A DNA stretch of 64,000 nt. It comes from an uncultured Alphaproteobacteria bacterium (GTDB lineage: Bacteria; Pseudomonadota; Alphaproteobacteria; UBA7879; VGCX01). A program made the translations under genes and the position numbers. A model generated the notes under the pieces. It was not told where the DNA came from. It worked only from the letters and a program-made list of their open reading frames with translations, and ran no database searches. Where the stretch lies: assembly GCA_913061155.1 (NCBI GenBank), contig CAJXSI010000004.1, positions 4 to 64,003 of the forward strand. Reading direction: 5' to 3'. The stretch's first letter is position 1; each line of letters starts with the position of its first letter. Shown piece by piece: positions 1-11,132 of this stretch.

Positions 1-876
1 CAACGATTCAAAATAAGGGCAAATAGCTTGCTAGCTTCTCATTACCCTAGATACTATGGGTATTATGAAAAGGCGATTGGCCTTTATACACATGTATCCA
101 ATCAGCTTTCTGTCTTTAATACCAAAGCTATTTCTTGTGGGCCAAGGGAAGCTTTATATGTTCTTGATGGCTTGTTAGAAAATAATACGATTCTTAAAAT
201 TCAAGCCCATACAACGGATACCCATGGGTATACAGAAATCATATTTGCCTTGTGTTTTTTGCTGGGGTTTTACTTCATGCCTAGAATCCGTGATCTTAAA
301 GACCAACAGCTCTATCGAATTGAAAAAGGAGTTAGCTATGGCAACATAGATGATTTATTAACAAAAACAGTTGATCTGAACATTATTGCAGAACAATGGG
401 AATCCATGGTTCGAGTAGCCATTTCCTTAAAACAACACACAACTCCTGCTCATATTGTTGTTCAACGCCTCACAAGTAGTGGGCCTTCTGACAGGTTGAC
501 GAGAGCCTTTATTAATTTAGGCCGTATCATTAAAACAGAATATATTTTACGTTACATAACTGATTCTGAGTTAAGGCAAACCGTTCAAACTCAACTTAAT
601 AAAGGAGAATATCGTCATAAACTGCCTCGTTGGATATTTTTTGCTGAACAGGGAGAGTTTACAACGGGAAATTATGAAGAAATTATGAACAAGGCTAGTT
701 GCCTGAGTTTAGTCTCCAATGCCATACTGATGTGGAATACGATTAAAATAGATAAGATCATTAAAAACCTGGAATCCCAAGGGCAAGTCGTTTCTAAAGA
801 AACATTGTCCCATATATCTCTTCTTCCTTTTAAACACGTTTTACCCAATGGAACTTATTTTATTGATGAAGAATGA
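1..876 (+). CDS. tnpA: Tn3-family DDE transposase, C-terminal part (ORF is open from position 1 and runs off the left edge)
   Basis: Frame +1 is open from base 1 (QRFKIRANSLLASHYPRYYG...YTHVSNQ). It has the Tn3 DDE motifs HTTDTHGYT and LNKGExxHxLxRxIFF. Confidence 0.93.
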   Translation, partial: QRFKIRANSLLASHYPRYYGYYEKAIGLYTHVSNQLSVFNTKAISCGPREALYVLDGLLENNTILKIQAHTTDTHGYTEIIFALCFLLGFYFMPRIRDLKDQQLYRIEKGVSYGNIDDLLTKTVDLNIIAEQWESMVRVAISLKQHTTPAHIVVQRLTSSGPSDRLTRAFINLGRIIKTEYILRYITDSELRQTVQTQLNKGEYRHKLPRWIFFAEQGEFTTGNYEEIMNKASCLSLVSNAILMWNTIKIDKIIKNLESQGQVVSKETLSHISLLPFKHVLPNGTYFIDEE

Positions 877-941
877 TAGAGGAGTGGAATTTTTTACAGA
901 GAATTACGGTTTGAAACCCAATTTAATAAAAAATAACCCCT

Positions 942-979
942 GAAACCGTAACTTTCTGTCCATTCGCTCCCGCGGGTCC
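942..979 (-). mobile_element. Probable right terminal inverted repeat of the Tn3-family element (reads GGACCCGCGGGAGCGAATGGACAGAAAGTTACGGTTTC inward)
   Basis: It starts about 65 bp after the transposase stop, and a truncated host gene begins immediately after 979-980. The partner end is outside the window and the GGACCC start is not the canonical GGGG. Confidence 0.55.
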
Positions 980-980
980 T

Positions 981-1151
981 TGTTATACATTCAACACAAT
1001 GAAGGGAAACCATCACTTCTGCAAACATTGTGGTGTTTATATTTATGGACCAACCCCAACTTTAGAAAAACATACAGTAAACTTGCGTACACTTAAGGAT
1101 TGCGATTGGCAAAAATTGGATGTTTATAATTTCGATGGCAAAGCTTTATAA
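981..1151 (+). pseudogene. 3' half of a GFA/CENP-V-family (glutathione-dependent formaldehyde-activating-like) gene, cut by the Tn3 element
   Basis: Manual translation gives CYTFNTMKGNHHFCKHCGVYIYGPTPTLEKHTVNLRTLKDCDWQKLDVYNFDGKAL*. This has the GFA pattern YxFxT...HxFCxxCG...VN...FDG. There is no start codon and it is not in the ORF track (<60 aa). Confidence 0.8.
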
Positions 1152-4100
1152 TTACTGATGAACAGCCACACCTGGCATGGATTCCAGTGAATCAATTAAA
1201 GAATCATCTATTTTAAATTTGGCTGGCAAGGCAATATTAACAGACTTATTTTCCACGCCAGAAAGAATCAACGAAATACTGTTTCTGCCGCCTTTGTATG
1301 ATTCCAAGGTCCGAAGAATACCTTCAACAGGTGTTCCTTTGTTGACATTTAAAATCAGATCTTTTCTGTTCTTTTGACTTTCTTTTGAAAGGTCTTGAAA
1401 ACGATTGGCAGTTAACCTTGGGTTCCCTTCATCATCATAACGAATGGCCACATTAACAACCATTGGTTGGCTTGATTCCAGCATATCTTGGTATTCTCGT
1501 AATGTTTCTTCAAAAACCATAACTTCAAAATCTCCGGTTGCATCTGTCAGGGATATAAACGCAAAGCGCTTTCCTTTTTTGGAAACTTTCTTTTTAATAC
1601 TGGTGGCAATCCCCGCCATGCGGGCACCTGTATCCGTTGTATTTTGCAATGCAGCTGCGGATAATATTTTCATGTCACTTAATTGTTTTTGATAATCATC
1701 CAACGGGTGGGCCGATAAATAAAAGCCAACAGCAGAAAATTCATTGTAAAGACGATCCACGGACTTCCATTCAACCGTGCCAACCAGATTGGGTTTATTA
1801 ACACTGTCTTTGCCGGCCCCAAACAGGCTTGCTTGATTGCTTGCTTTGTCTGCGTGTACAGCTGACGCATACCCCAATATCATTTCCAGGGAGTCAAAAA
1901 TTTGTTTTCGACAATCGTGCATGGAATCAAAAGCCCCTGCCTTAATTAAATTTTCCATTTGGCGCTTGTTTAAAACTTTCGATCCATTTCTGGCAACAAA
2001 ATCAAAAATATCTTTATACGGACCATTTTCTTTGCGTTCCGTGACGACATCTTGCATGGCGGCTTCGCCCACATTTTTGATGGCACCCAAAGCATAACGA
2101 ACGACTTTCCTTTTATCTTGGGAGTCCACACTAAATATATCCATAGAGTGGTTAACATCAGGTGGCAAAAGATCAATTTCCATATTGACCAATTCTTGCT
2201 TATAAAAAGCCAATTTATCTGTATTGTGCAAATCATATGTCATGGTGGCGGCCATAAATTCATGCGGATAATTGGCTTTCATATAGGCCGTTTGATACGC
2301 AATCAACCCATAAGGTGCAGAGTGTGATTTGTTAAAACCATACCCAGCAAACTTGGCAATAGAATCAAATATTTTGTTTGATTCTTTTTCTGAAATATTG
2401 AAACATTTTTTTGCCCCTTCTGTGAATATATGACGCTGGGCATCCATTTCAGATTTTATTTTCTTCCCCATGGCACGACGTAATAAATCGGCACCTCCAA
2501 GCGTATACCCCCCAAGAACCTGGGCAATTTTCATAACCTGTTCTTGATAAACCATGACACCAAAAGTTTCTTTAAGGATGGGTTCAATTTCAGGATGCAT
2601 ATACGTAACTTTTTGATCCCCATGTTTACACGCAACATAAGTGGGAATATCATCCATTGGGCCAGGACGATATAAGGCAACCAAGGCAATGATTTCTTCG
2701 AATCGGTCTGGTTTTAGTCGGCGAATAACATCCCGCATTCCCTGGCTTTCCAACTGAAAGACGCCTGTTGTTTCAATACGGTTTAACAAGTCAAACGTCT
2801 TTTTATCATCCAAAGGGATTTTAGAAATATAAATGTCATTTCCCTGTAACCGGGCCATTTTAGCAGATTCTTCCAAAATTGTTAGCGTCTTCAGCCCCAA
2901 AAAGTCAAATTTGACCAACCCTGCCATTTCAACATATTTCATACTGAATTGGGTGACTGGCATATCTGAACGGGGGTCGCGATAAGTTGGAACCAATTCA
3001 TCCAAGGACCTGTCCCCAATAATGATGCCTGCCGCATGTGTTGATGCGTGACGGTAAAGCCCTTCAAGTTTCAGGCCAATATCCATCAACTTATCAACGG
3101 TCGGATCAGATCGCCGCATACGCATTAAATCAGGTTCTTGGTTCAGGGCCTCTTGTAAAGTAAGGGGGTTTGCTGGGTTGCTTGGGACCATCTTACTGAT
3201 TTTATCCACTTGCCCATAAGGCATTTGCAGAACCCGCCCTACATCACGCAGAACAGCCCGCGCTTGTAATTTTCCAAAAGTAATAATTTGGGCAACTTTG
3301 TCTTCGCCATAACGTTCTTTGACATAGCTAATGACTTCTTCACGGCGGTCCTGGCAAAAATCGATATCAAAGTCTGGCATGGATACACGTTCTGGGTTCA
3401 AAAAGCGTTCAAAAATCAGCCCAAATCGAATGGGATCAATATCGGTAATTAACAAAGACCAAGCAACCAAAGACCCTGCCCCAGATCCACGACCTGGCCC
3501 CACAGGTATTTCTTGCGATTTTGCATACTTGATAAAATCAGAAACGATTAAGAAATAGCCAGGAAAACCCATCTGGTTAATAATCCCAAGTTCATAAGAC
3601 AGGCGATCAAAGTAGTCTTTATGCGTTTTTTTGTCCTCTGGGGACATTTCGTTTGTGTAAACCTGGGTTTCCAGACGCTTTCGAAGGCCTTCTTCTGCCT
3701 GTGCTTTCAATTCGTCTTCTTCATTATTTCCATTATCTGATGGAAAAGGTGGCAACAAAGGTTTGTGTGGCGTTGGCATGAAATAACAACGCTGGGCAAT
3801 CGCAACTGTATTTTCCAGGGCTTCTGGCATATCTTGGAACAGTTCGTGCATTTCTTCCGGGCTTTTAAAATAATGGTGTTTGGTTGCTTTACGCCGATCT
3901 TGTTCCGTCACATAAGACCCTGCTGAAACACATAACAAGGCATCGTGGGCTTCGTGCATATCTGGTGATATAAAATAGGATTCGTTTGTCGCAACCAAAG
4001 GAATTGTATGGTCATAGGCAATTTTCAAAAAGGCATCTTCGGTTTCAAATTCTTCCGGCATACCATGCCGTTGAATTTCTATATAGAATCGACCCCCAAA

Positions 4101-4598
4101 AATATCTTTTAATTTTAGGGCAAACTTTTCAGCCTCTTTATCTTTTTTATCCAACAGCAACCATCCAAGGGGGCCATTAACACCCCCGGACAAACAAATA
4201 ACCCCTTCCCTATGTTTTTCTAATTCCGCCATAGAAATGTGGGGTTCTTGGTGTTCATTCGTTTCAAGATGGGATTTACTACTTAGTTTTAAAAGGTTCT
4301 TATAGCCAACTTCGTTTTGGGCAATTAAGACAATAGATGGGCGATGCGTCCATCGTTTAAGACCTACTGTAATGCCCATGTTTAATTTAATTTGGGTCCC
4401 AATAATTGGCTGAATACCTGCCTTAGAACAGGCAACAGAAAATTCCAACGCCCCAAACATATTATCTGTGTCTGTGATTGCCACTGCCGCCATTTTGTTT
4501 TTTTGACAACTGTTAATAATTTCAGGAAAACGCAGGGCCCCTTCGGATAAAGAATAAGGTGTATGATTTCGTAAATGGACAAAAGCCTTTGACGTCAT
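1152..4598 (-). CDS. dnaE: DNA polymerase III alpha subunit
   Basis: PHP domain (FVHLRNHT..SL), GRGSGAGSLVA, PDFDIDF, YGFNKSHSA and a C-terminal OB fold. Confidence 0.98.
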   Translation of the reverse strand: MTSKAFVHLRNHTPYSLSEGALRFPEIINSCQKNKMAAVAITDTDNMFGALEFSVACSKAGIQPIIGTQIKLNMGITVGLKRWTHRPSIVLIAQNEVGYKNLLKLSSKSHLETNEHQEPHISMAELEKHREGVICLSGGVNGPLGWLLLDKKDKEAEKFALKLKDIFGGRFYIEIQRHGMPEEFETEDAFLKIAYDHTIPLVATNESYFISPDMHEAHDALLCVSAGSYVTEQDRRKATKHHYFKSPEEMHELFQDMPEALENTVAIAQRCYFMPTPHKPLLPPFPSDNGNNEEDELKAQAEEGLRKRLETQVYTNEMSPEDKKTHKDYFDRLSYELGIINQMGFPGYFLIVSDFIKYAKSQEIPVGPGRGSGAGSLVAWSLLITDIDPIRFGLIFERFLNPERVSMPDFDIDFCQDRREEVISYVKERYGEDKVAQIITFGKLQARAVLRDVGRVLQMPYGQVDKISKMVPSNPANPLTLQEALNQEPDLMRMRRSDPTVDKLMDIGLKLEGLYRHASTHAAGIIIGDRSLDELVPTYRDPRSDMPVTQFSMKYVEMAGLVKFDFLGLKTLTILEESAKMARLQGNDIYISKIPLDDKKTFDLLNRIETTGVFQLESQGMRDVIRRLKPDRFEEIIALVALYRPGPMDDIPTYVACKHGDQKVTYMHPEIEPILKETFGVMVYQEQVMKIAQVLGGYTLGGADLLRRAMGKKIKSEMDAQRHIFTEGAKKCFNISEKESNKIFDSIAKFAGYGFNKSHSAPYGLIAYQTAYMKANYPHEFMAATMTYDLHNTDKLAFYKQELVNMEIDLLPPDVNHSMDIFSVDSQDKRKVVRYALGAIKNVGEAAMQDVVTERKENGPYKDIFDFVARNGSKVLNKRQMENLIKAGAFDSMHDCRKQIFDSLEMILGYASAVHADKASNQASLFGAGKDSVNKPNLVGTVEWKSVDRLYNEFSAVGFYLSAHPLDDYQKQLSDMKILSAAALQNTTDTGARMAGIATSIKKKVSKKGKRFAFISLTDATGDFEVMVFEETLREYQDMLESSQPMVVNVAIRYDDEGNPRLTANRFQDLSKESQKNRKDLILNVNKGTPVEGILRTLESYKGGRNSISLILSGVENKSVNIALPAKFKIDDSLIDSLESMPGVAVHQ

Positions 4599-5281
4599 TT
4601 AACCGTTACCTTTGATAACTTACCTTTTTCTAAGTTATAAACTACTGTCATTTTCTTAACAAGTTGCATATCATGCGTGGCAATTAAACAAGCTGTTTTC
4701 TTTAGCTTTGCTGTATTCAGTAGATAGGCAAAAACTTCATAAGCCAACGATTCATCAAGGTTACCTGTTGGTTCATCTGCAATAATAATGCTTGGGTCAT
4801 TCATAAACGCCCTGGCAATGGCCAAGCGTTGTTGTTCCCCACCCGACATTTGCGATGGATAATGATCTTTACGTTTATATATATCAAACTGCTTTAACAA
4901 AGGTTCTGCTTTTTCCAAGGCCTCTGTTCTTGATTTTCCGGCGATCATGGCGGGCATTGCCACATTTTCAATGGCTGTGAATTCCCCCAGCAAGTGATGA
5001 AATTGATAAATAAACCCAATATTTTGACCGCGCAGTTTGGTGACTTGGTCGTTTGATTTAAATTCAACTTTCTGACCGTTGATACAGACATTCCCGCTAT
5101 CTGCCATATCCAATAGGCCTGCAACATGTAATAACGTTGATTTTCCTGATCCCGAAGCACCAATAACCCCCACAACTTCGGATTGGTTAATGTCCAAATC
5201 AATCCCTTTTAGAACATTTAAAGTTTCTGCTTTTGTCTTGTAAGCTTTTTGAATATTTTGGAGTGATAAGATTTTAGTCAT
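4595..5281 (-). CDS. lolD: Lipoprotein-releasing ABC transporter ATPase
   Basis: [19 protein letters not shown] and ADEPTGNLD motifs; lies between lolC/E and dnaE. Confidence 0.95.
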   Translation of the reverse strand: MTKILSLQNIQKAYKTKAETLNVLKGIDLDINQSEVVGVIGASGSGKSTLLHVAGLLDMADSGNVCINGQKVEFKSNDQVTKLRGQNIGFIYQFHHLLGEFTAIENVAMPAMIAGKSRTEALEKAEPLLKQFDIYKRKDHYPSQMSGGEQQRLAIARAFMNDPSIIIADEPTGNLDESLAYEVFAYLLNTAKLKKTACLIATHDMQLVKKMTVVYNLEKGKLSKVTVK

Positions 5282-6515
5282 ATCTTAATGCCTTTACAGG
5301 TTCAAGGTTCGCTGCCTTCCAGGCTGGATACAAAGTCGCCATAAAACTGACGATCAAAGCCATACTAACAATACCAATTATTTCCTGGGGATCAATAATA
5401 ACCGGCAATTGGGACAAATAATATATTTCTGCATCAAAAATGGTTTGCCCTGTTATTTTCTCTAGGAACAGCCGAATTGATTCAATGTTTTGACAAAAGA
5501 CAAGCCCCAGAATTGTTCCTAAAACACTGCCGATCACCCCAACTGATGACCCCACAATTAAGAATAATCCCAAGATTGATCGCCTTGATGCCCCCATTGT
5601 ACGCAGGATGGCAATGTCCTGGGTTTTATCTTTTACAATCATAATCAACCCTGAAATAACATTAAAGGCCGCAATAATAACAATCAAACTTAAAATTAAG
5701 AACATAACGTTGCGTTCAATTTTTACGGCCTGAAAAAAGGATGAATGCGCCCTATTCCATCCAATGAACCTTAACTGTGTTGGATTTTCCCTATGTATTT
5801 TATCCATAACATAGTCTGTCATGAAGGGATCTTTTAAATAGATTTCAATTTCATCAGCCCCCTTATTAACTTTGTAAAATTCAACAGCGGTATCATAAGG
5901 AAGGTAGACAACATTCAAATCATATTGAAACATGCCAACTTCAAACACACCGCCAACAACAAATGTTTTCATCCTGGGAATGACGCCGAAGGGACTGATG
6001 TTTCCCTCGGGTGAAATAAGGCTTAATTTATCCCCCACAGATAACCTGAATTTTTCTGCAAGACGTTGACCAATTAATATGGAATTTCCTGATTGAACAG
6101 AGGCCAAACTGCCATTGACTATATTTTTGGCAATGATTTCTTTTTCTTTCAAATCATTGTATTGAAGCGCCCTGGCAGAAACCCCGTGGGCATTTCCTTT
6201 AAAGGTTAACATTCCTTGACGGTTAATCAATTTATCAGCAGACGTAACTTCAGGAATATGGCGGGCTGAAGTCACCAGATCATCGTACGTTGTTTTTTGG
6301 TTTTCCGCGGGGATTGAAATTGTTATATGGCTGTTGAATTTTAAGGTTTTATCCAATAATTCATGGTGGAAACCATTCATAACTGACATCACGATAATTA
6401 ACGTCGCAACCCCAAGGCAAATACCTAAAAAAGAAAACCCTGTAATGACCTTAACGAAGGCTTCGCGGCGCCCGTTCCATAGGTACCTTAATGCGATTTG
6501 CCAAGTGAAATTCAT
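5274..6515 (-). CDS. lolC: Lipoprotein-releasing ABC transporter permease LolC/E
   Basis: GVATLIIVMSVMNGF, VKDKTQDIAILRTMGAS and C-terminal ATLYPAWKAA. Confidence 0.95.
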   Translation of the reverse strand: MNFTWQIALRYLWNGRREAFVKVITGFSFLGICLGVATLIIVMSVMNGFHHELLDKTLKFNSHITISIPAENQKTTYDDLVTSARHIPEVTSADKLINRQGMLTFKGNAHGVSARALQYNDLKEKEIIAKNIVNGSLASVQSGNSILIGQRLAEKFRLSVGDKLSLISPEGNISPFGVIPRMKTFVVGGVFEVGMFQYDLNVVYLPYDTAVEFYKVNKGADEIEIYLKDPFMTDYVMDKIHRENPTQLRFIGWNRAHSSFFQAVKIERNVMFLILSLIVIIAAFNVISGLIMIVKDKTQDIAILRTMGASRRSILGLFLIVGSSVGVIGSVLGTILGLVFCQNIESIRLFLEKITGQTIFDAEIYYLSQLPVIIDPQEIIGIVSMALIVSFMATLYPAWKAANLEPVKALRYD

Positions 6516-7804
6516 CCTTGCAAAAACCTCTCATATAAACCTTCGACAGAAATAACCGCCCGTTCACCGGTTTTTCTATTTTTTAATTCAACTTTGTTTT
6601 CTTCGGCATTCTTTGGCCCCACAATGATTTGCCAAGGTAATCCAATTAAATCCATGTCTGAAAATTTTGCCCCAGCCCCTTCTTTGCGGTCATCATACAA
6701 GATGGTTTTATTTTCCTTTTGGAAACAGGCATAAATGTCTTCGCACAACTTTGTTGTTTGTTCATGGGCGATTTTTAAATTTAACAAGCCAAATTGAAAA
6801 GGCGCAACAGATTCTGGCCAGACAATACCATGTTCATCATGGGATGCCTCAATAATGGCGGCCACCATCCTGGACACACCGATACCGTAAGACCCGCTGT
6901 AAACCGCAGATAGTTTTCCTGATTCATCCATGACTTTGGCATTCATAGTCTTTGAATATTTATCCCCAAAGTAGAATATATGTCCTATTTCTATTCCCTT
7001 TTTGTACCTTAATTGTTCTATTGGGATAGAACAAGATTCAGCATCATGCAATTCATCAGTTGCTGAATAAATTGCCATTAACTTATCCAAATCATCATCT
7101 GATCCATCCAATTTTAAATCATCAAAGGCTTTGTCATAATAAATTGTGCTTTCCCCTGTTTCTGCAACAATCAAAAATTCATGACTTAAATCACCCCCAA
7201 TTGGCCCCGTGTCCGCGCGTACCGGCATTGCTTGCAGACCAATTCTTTGGAAGATGGCAATATAGGTTTTCATAACTTTTCGGTAGGTTTCTCTGGCAGC
7301 TTCCTCGCTAATATCAAAGGAATAACCATCCTTCATCAAAAATTCACGCCCACGCATAACACCAAACCGCGGCCTTATTTCATCACGGAACTTCCATTGA
7401 ATTTGATAAAGAACCATTGGTAAATCTTTATAACTTTTGACGTATCTGCGAAAGATATCTGTCACGGCTTCTTCTGCCGTGGGTCCGTAAATAAGTTCCC
7501 GATCATGGCGGTCTTTAATACGAAGCATTTCTTTGCCGTATCCATCGTATCGGTTACTTTCTTGCCATAAATCAGTGGGCTGTAAAGTTGGAATTAATAT
7601 TTCATTAAAGCCAGCCTTATCCTGTTCTTCTTGGACAATTCGCATAATATTTCGCAAAACCTTTAACCCTTGCGGTAACCAGTAATATATCCCTGCACAT
7701 TCTTGTGCAATTAATCCGGCACGCAACATAAGTTGATGCGATGCAACTTGTGCATCAGCAGGAATTTCCTTAATTGTTGGGGAAAAATATTTTGACCATT
7801 TCAT
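6512..7804 (-). CDS. proS: Proline--tRNA ligase (short alphaproteobacterial type)
   Basis: SHQLMLRAG, LIYGPTAEE, FRDEIRPRFGVMRGREF and GSYGIGVSR. Confidence 0.98.
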   Translation of the reverse strand: MKWSKYFSPTIKEIPADAQVASHQLMLRAGLIAQECAGIYYWLPQGLKVLRNIMRIVQEEQDKAGFNEILIPTLQPTDLWQESNRYDGYGKEMLRIKDRHDRELIYGPTAEEAVTDIFRRYVKSYKDLPMVLYQIQWKFRDEIRPRFGVMRGREFLMKDGYSFDISEEAARETYRKVMKTYIAIFQRIGLQAMPVRADTGPIGGDLSHEFLIVAETGESTIYYDKAFDDLKLDGSDDDLDKLMAIYSATDELHDAESCSIPIEQLRYKKGIEIGHIFYFGDKYSKTMNAKVMDESGKLSAVYSGSYGIGVSRMVAAIIEASHDEHGIVWPESVAPFQFGLLNLKIAHEQTTKLCEDIYACFQKENKTILYDDRKEGAGAKFSDMDLIGLPWQIIVGPKNAEENKVELKNRKTGERAVISVEGLYERFLQG

Positions 7805-7824
7805 ATTTATATCTCACTTAAAAC

Positions 7825-10032
7825 TTAGTTATTTGATAAACCCGTGCTTGGTGAACCACTTAGACGCCCTGTGGAAAATTCACCTAAATTCTTGAAACCA
7901 AAAGTTAACATAATTGTTTTTTCAGGCTTAATATCGCGATCTTTATAATGTTTTTGGGCGCCTTCTAATGATAATTTAAAACATTCATCCGTATACACAA
8001 CACCAACTGATTCTTCAAGCCTTTGGGTCACAGGCTTTACTTGCCTTATGCCCTTCACATAACCTGACCACCTGTCTGTGAATTTTGAATTTGCCCTTGC
8101 GGAAACTTGTTCCCTGGCCCCAAATTGACCGGACAAGAAAGAATGATCCAAATAAAAATGGTCAATATCTATGTTAAATATGGCAGGGCCTGCATTTAAT
8201 TTGACGATACTTCTTTTGATAGATCCGGAATTACGGTCAAGTCGAACCGACCAATCTAAGTAAAAATACGATTCCGGAACGATTCTTATTTTACCAATAT
8301 AATCCGACCCTTTTTCTCTTATACCCGTATCCTCGGGGAAATCTGTTGTTTTACTGAAACTATAGCTCTGGCCAAAGAAAATGTGGGTATTCACACTATT
8401 AATCGTTGAAAATTTTAAGTTCAATCCATAGTTCACCCTTTGTCCTGAATCTAAAAGATCATATCCATTGAAACGATTTAACTTAAATAAGGACTGGGTA
8501 TCCAGTTCAAAGTCCTGACTGTCTTCATTTGGAATGTTGCTGGACCCACTTTTTGTTGGCTGCAAAATGCCACTTATAATAGGTTCAAGAATTACCTTTG
8601 ATGACGATAACATCGAATAAAAAGGCCACCGCCAAGTTAGCATTGTTCCTGGTATTACCCGCCCCCGGACTTGTTTGATTGGTTTGTTTTGCCCCGCAGG
8701 CGTATACTTATTTATATCATATAGGTCACTTCGAAGGTTGACCAATCCTTCAAAATTCATTCCTAAGTCATTTGTATAAGGGGTGATCGCGGAAAAGTCC
8801 CCTGTGACACGGTTTACTTGGGCGCCTTGATTTCTTTTGATACTCATCGTATTGGCATCTAATAAGAAATAGCTCCCGTAAAAATCTGTGTTTTTTTCAA
8901 AACTAAACTCTGTTACCGGCAAGACATCTGGAACTGTTCTGTTATCAATATCCGCCCTAAGGTTCTGAAAATGATACCCTTTGAACGCCATATAATTAGA
9001 TTTATTAAAATATTCTGTATTAACAGTACTGGTTAACACATTTTTATGAATATATTTATCCCCCCCAACATAGTTGTATCGCCTTAAATAAGTGGGGTTT
9101 GTTGCCCGAATATAAAACGTTTTCAAGCGCCAATTATCATTAATATTCCAGTTAAAATCACCATAATAATGTCCATGATACTGCCCTGGATGTAATTCTT
9201 CTTGACCCGGCGCCCCGGTAACAGGTTTTATCCTTGTAATACTTCCCCCCAAATCAAGGGAAGCTTTTCTAAATCTGTGGCGGTATTCCCCGGAAAGGAC
9301 TGGATTTTGCTTGCTAAAATAATAAGGTGTTAAAGTCATGTCGCTGTGATCATTTAAAGCAAGATACACGGGTAAACTTGCAAATGCCCCCAGTTTTGTA
9401 CTATTCCCAAAAGAAGGGGCCAATAGGCCACTTTGTCTTTTTATTGTTGGATCAGGATGCTTAAAATAAGGCGTATAAAAAACTGGGACCCCTTTTATTT
9501 CCATGCTGACATTTCGATAAACAATTTCTTGATTTTCTTGATCATGATGAATTCTTTCTGCTTTAAGCTGCCACAGGGGATCATAATTTTCACATTCTTG
9601 ACAGACCAAGCAAGGCGAATACACCCCGTTTGTATAGTAGACAGAATCTTTTTCACGTCGGGCTTTTGTTGCGGCAATAAATTCTTTGTCAGACGTTGTG
9701 ATTCTTCCGTTTTGAAGGAAACCAAATTCAAACTTGTCTGTTACTTCTGCATATTTTGCGAATATTTTATTCCCATCTATGTCAAAAACCCGCACATTTC
9801 CAGTGGCTTTGAATACTTTAAGGGTTTTATTGTAAATAACTTCGTCAGCTTCTAATATCTGCGTTCCATTAGAAACGGTCACATCCCCTTTGGCCAAAAT
9901 AATATTATTAATATCATCGTTCTGCATATCATCCGCATGCAGAACAACATTATCACCATTCCCTTTGTTGTCTTCGGCCACACAGGCAAAGGGGAAAAGG
10001 GCGATAAAAACGATACATAAAATAAATTTCAT
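7825..10032 (-). CDS. lptD: LPS-assembly outer-membrane protein LptD
   Basis: Signal peptide, OstA-like N-terminus, YSPC..C..PLWQLKA, RQSGLLAPS, NRFNGYDLLDSGQRVNYG; follows lptFG. Confidence 0.95.
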   Translation of the reverse strand: MKFILCIVFIALFPFACVAEDNKGNGDNVVLHADDMQNDDINNIILAKGDVTVSNGTQILEADEVIYNKTLKVFKATGNVRVFDIDGNKIFAKYAEVTDKFEFGFLQNGRITTSDKEFIAATKARREKDSVYYTNGVYSPCLVCQECENYDPLWQLKAERIHHDQENQEIVYRNVSMEIKGVPVFYTPYFKHPDPTIKRQSGLLAPSFGNSTKLGAFASLPVYLALNDHSDMTLTPYYFSKQNPVLSGEYRHRFRKASLDLGGSITRIKPVTGAPGQEELHPGQYHGHYYGDFNWNINDNWRLKTFYIRATNPTYLRRYNYVGGDKYIHKNVLTSTVNTEYFNKSNYMAFKGYHFQNLRADIDNRTVPDVLPVTEFSFEKNTDFYGSYFLLDANTMSIKRNQGAQVNRVTGDFSAITPYTNDLGMNFEGLVNLRSDLYDINKYTPAGQNKPIKQVRGRVIPGTMLTWRWPFYSMLSSSKVILEPIISGILQPTKSGSSNIPNEDSQDFELDTQSLFKLNRFNGYDLLDSGQRVNYGLNLKFSTINSVNTHIFFGQSYSFSKTTDFPEDTGIREKGSDYIGKIRIVPESYFYLDWSVRLDRNSGSIKRSIVKLNAGPAIFNIDIDHFYLDHSFLSGQFGAREQVSARANSKFTDRWSGYVKGIRQVKPVTQRLEESVGVVYTDECFKLSLEGAQKHYKDRDIKPEKTIMLTFGFKNLGEFSTGRLSGSPSTGLSNN

Positions 10033-10034
10033 AA

Positions 10035-11132
10035 TTAATGTTCTTCCAATTGAATTAACAAAGAAAGGCTTACAACAATCCCCAAAAACAGCGGGATTAA
10101 AATCCCAACAGAAATAGGAACTGTCCTAGACAAGCCTAACGCATGGGAAAAATTGGTCACCAAAAAATAACCATACCCTGCAAACAATCCTGTCATGACA
10201 AATTTTAATCCGCCTGACTTTTGTCTTGAAAAATTATAAGCACACATCCCAGCAAGAGCAATCATAATAATAAGTTTTAATGGAAGTGATAACAGATCAT
10301 AAAAATAAAGCAAGTGATCCAACCCTGACAGCCCCGTGCTTTCCAACATATCTATATAGGTCGGCAACTTCCAAATAGAAATTGTCAAAGGATTATCAAA
10401 ATTTTCCTGGATATTTGAAATGGTCAGATCTGTTTCCCAAAAAAGATCACCAACAGGTTGGGTAAGGATTGTTTGTTCCGACAACAGCGCGCTTTTTAGC
10501 TTCCACCCCCCTGGAACAATTGTCACAAAGTCTGAATCTAACCTATTAATAAATTCATTATCATCGTTGTAAGTATATATTGTTACTTTTTGCAGTTCAT
10601 TTGTTGACCGTCCAATTTTTTTAACATGCACAATGGAATAACTATCTTCTTTGGATTGTTTTAGCCACACCCCTGAACTGGACAAAGAAAACAGATTTCT
10701 TCCTTGGTTAAAAAGAACTGAATTTAACTTGTCATATTTGGCCGTCAGCTCGGCTGACACAGGATTTATCAAAGTAAAGAACAGAAAGGAATAAAGAATG
10801 GCGGCCCCAGATAAACTGATAAGGATATTCCATATGGAAAGCCCCATACTTCTTGCAATCACAAGTTCCGATCGTTTGTTCAGCTGCCACAAAACCAACA
10901 TCGCCGAAAAAAGAAAGATAAAAGGCATAAGCTTGTCTAAAATCTCGGGCAATTGATAAATGGATAAACTTATAATATGTTTAAACAAAATATGTGGCTT
11001 ATTCTGGGCGCGCCTTAAAAGTTCAATGATATTAAAAATGGTTGCTATTGTCCCAAGGGCAAGCGTCACAGCCCAAAACCATTTGAAAAATGTTTTAATT
11101 AGGTAAACTGAAAAGGTATATGAATTTTTCAT
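10035..11132 (-). CDS. lptG: LPS export ABC permease LptG
   Basis: YjgP/Q family: SELVIARSMGLSIW, GVWLKQ, ISIWKLPTYI. Confidence 0.9.
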   Translation of the reverse strand: MKNSYTFSVYLIKTFFKWFWAVTLALGTIATIFNIIELLRRAQNKPHILFKHIISLSIYQLPEILDKLMPFIFLFSAMLVLWQLNKRSELVIARSMGLSIWNILISLSGAAILYSFLFFTLINPVSAELTAKYDKLNSVLFNQGRNLFSLSSSGVWLKQSKEDSYSIVHVKKIGRSTNELQKVTIYTYNDDNEFINRLDSDFVTIVPGGWKLKSALLSEQTILTQPVGDLFWETDLTISNIQENFDNPLTISIWKLPTYIDMLESTGLSGLDHLLYFYDLLSLPLKLIIMIALAGMCAYNFSRQKSGGLKFVMTGLFAGYGYFLVTNFSHALGLSRTVPISVGILIPLFLGIVVSLSLLIQLEEH

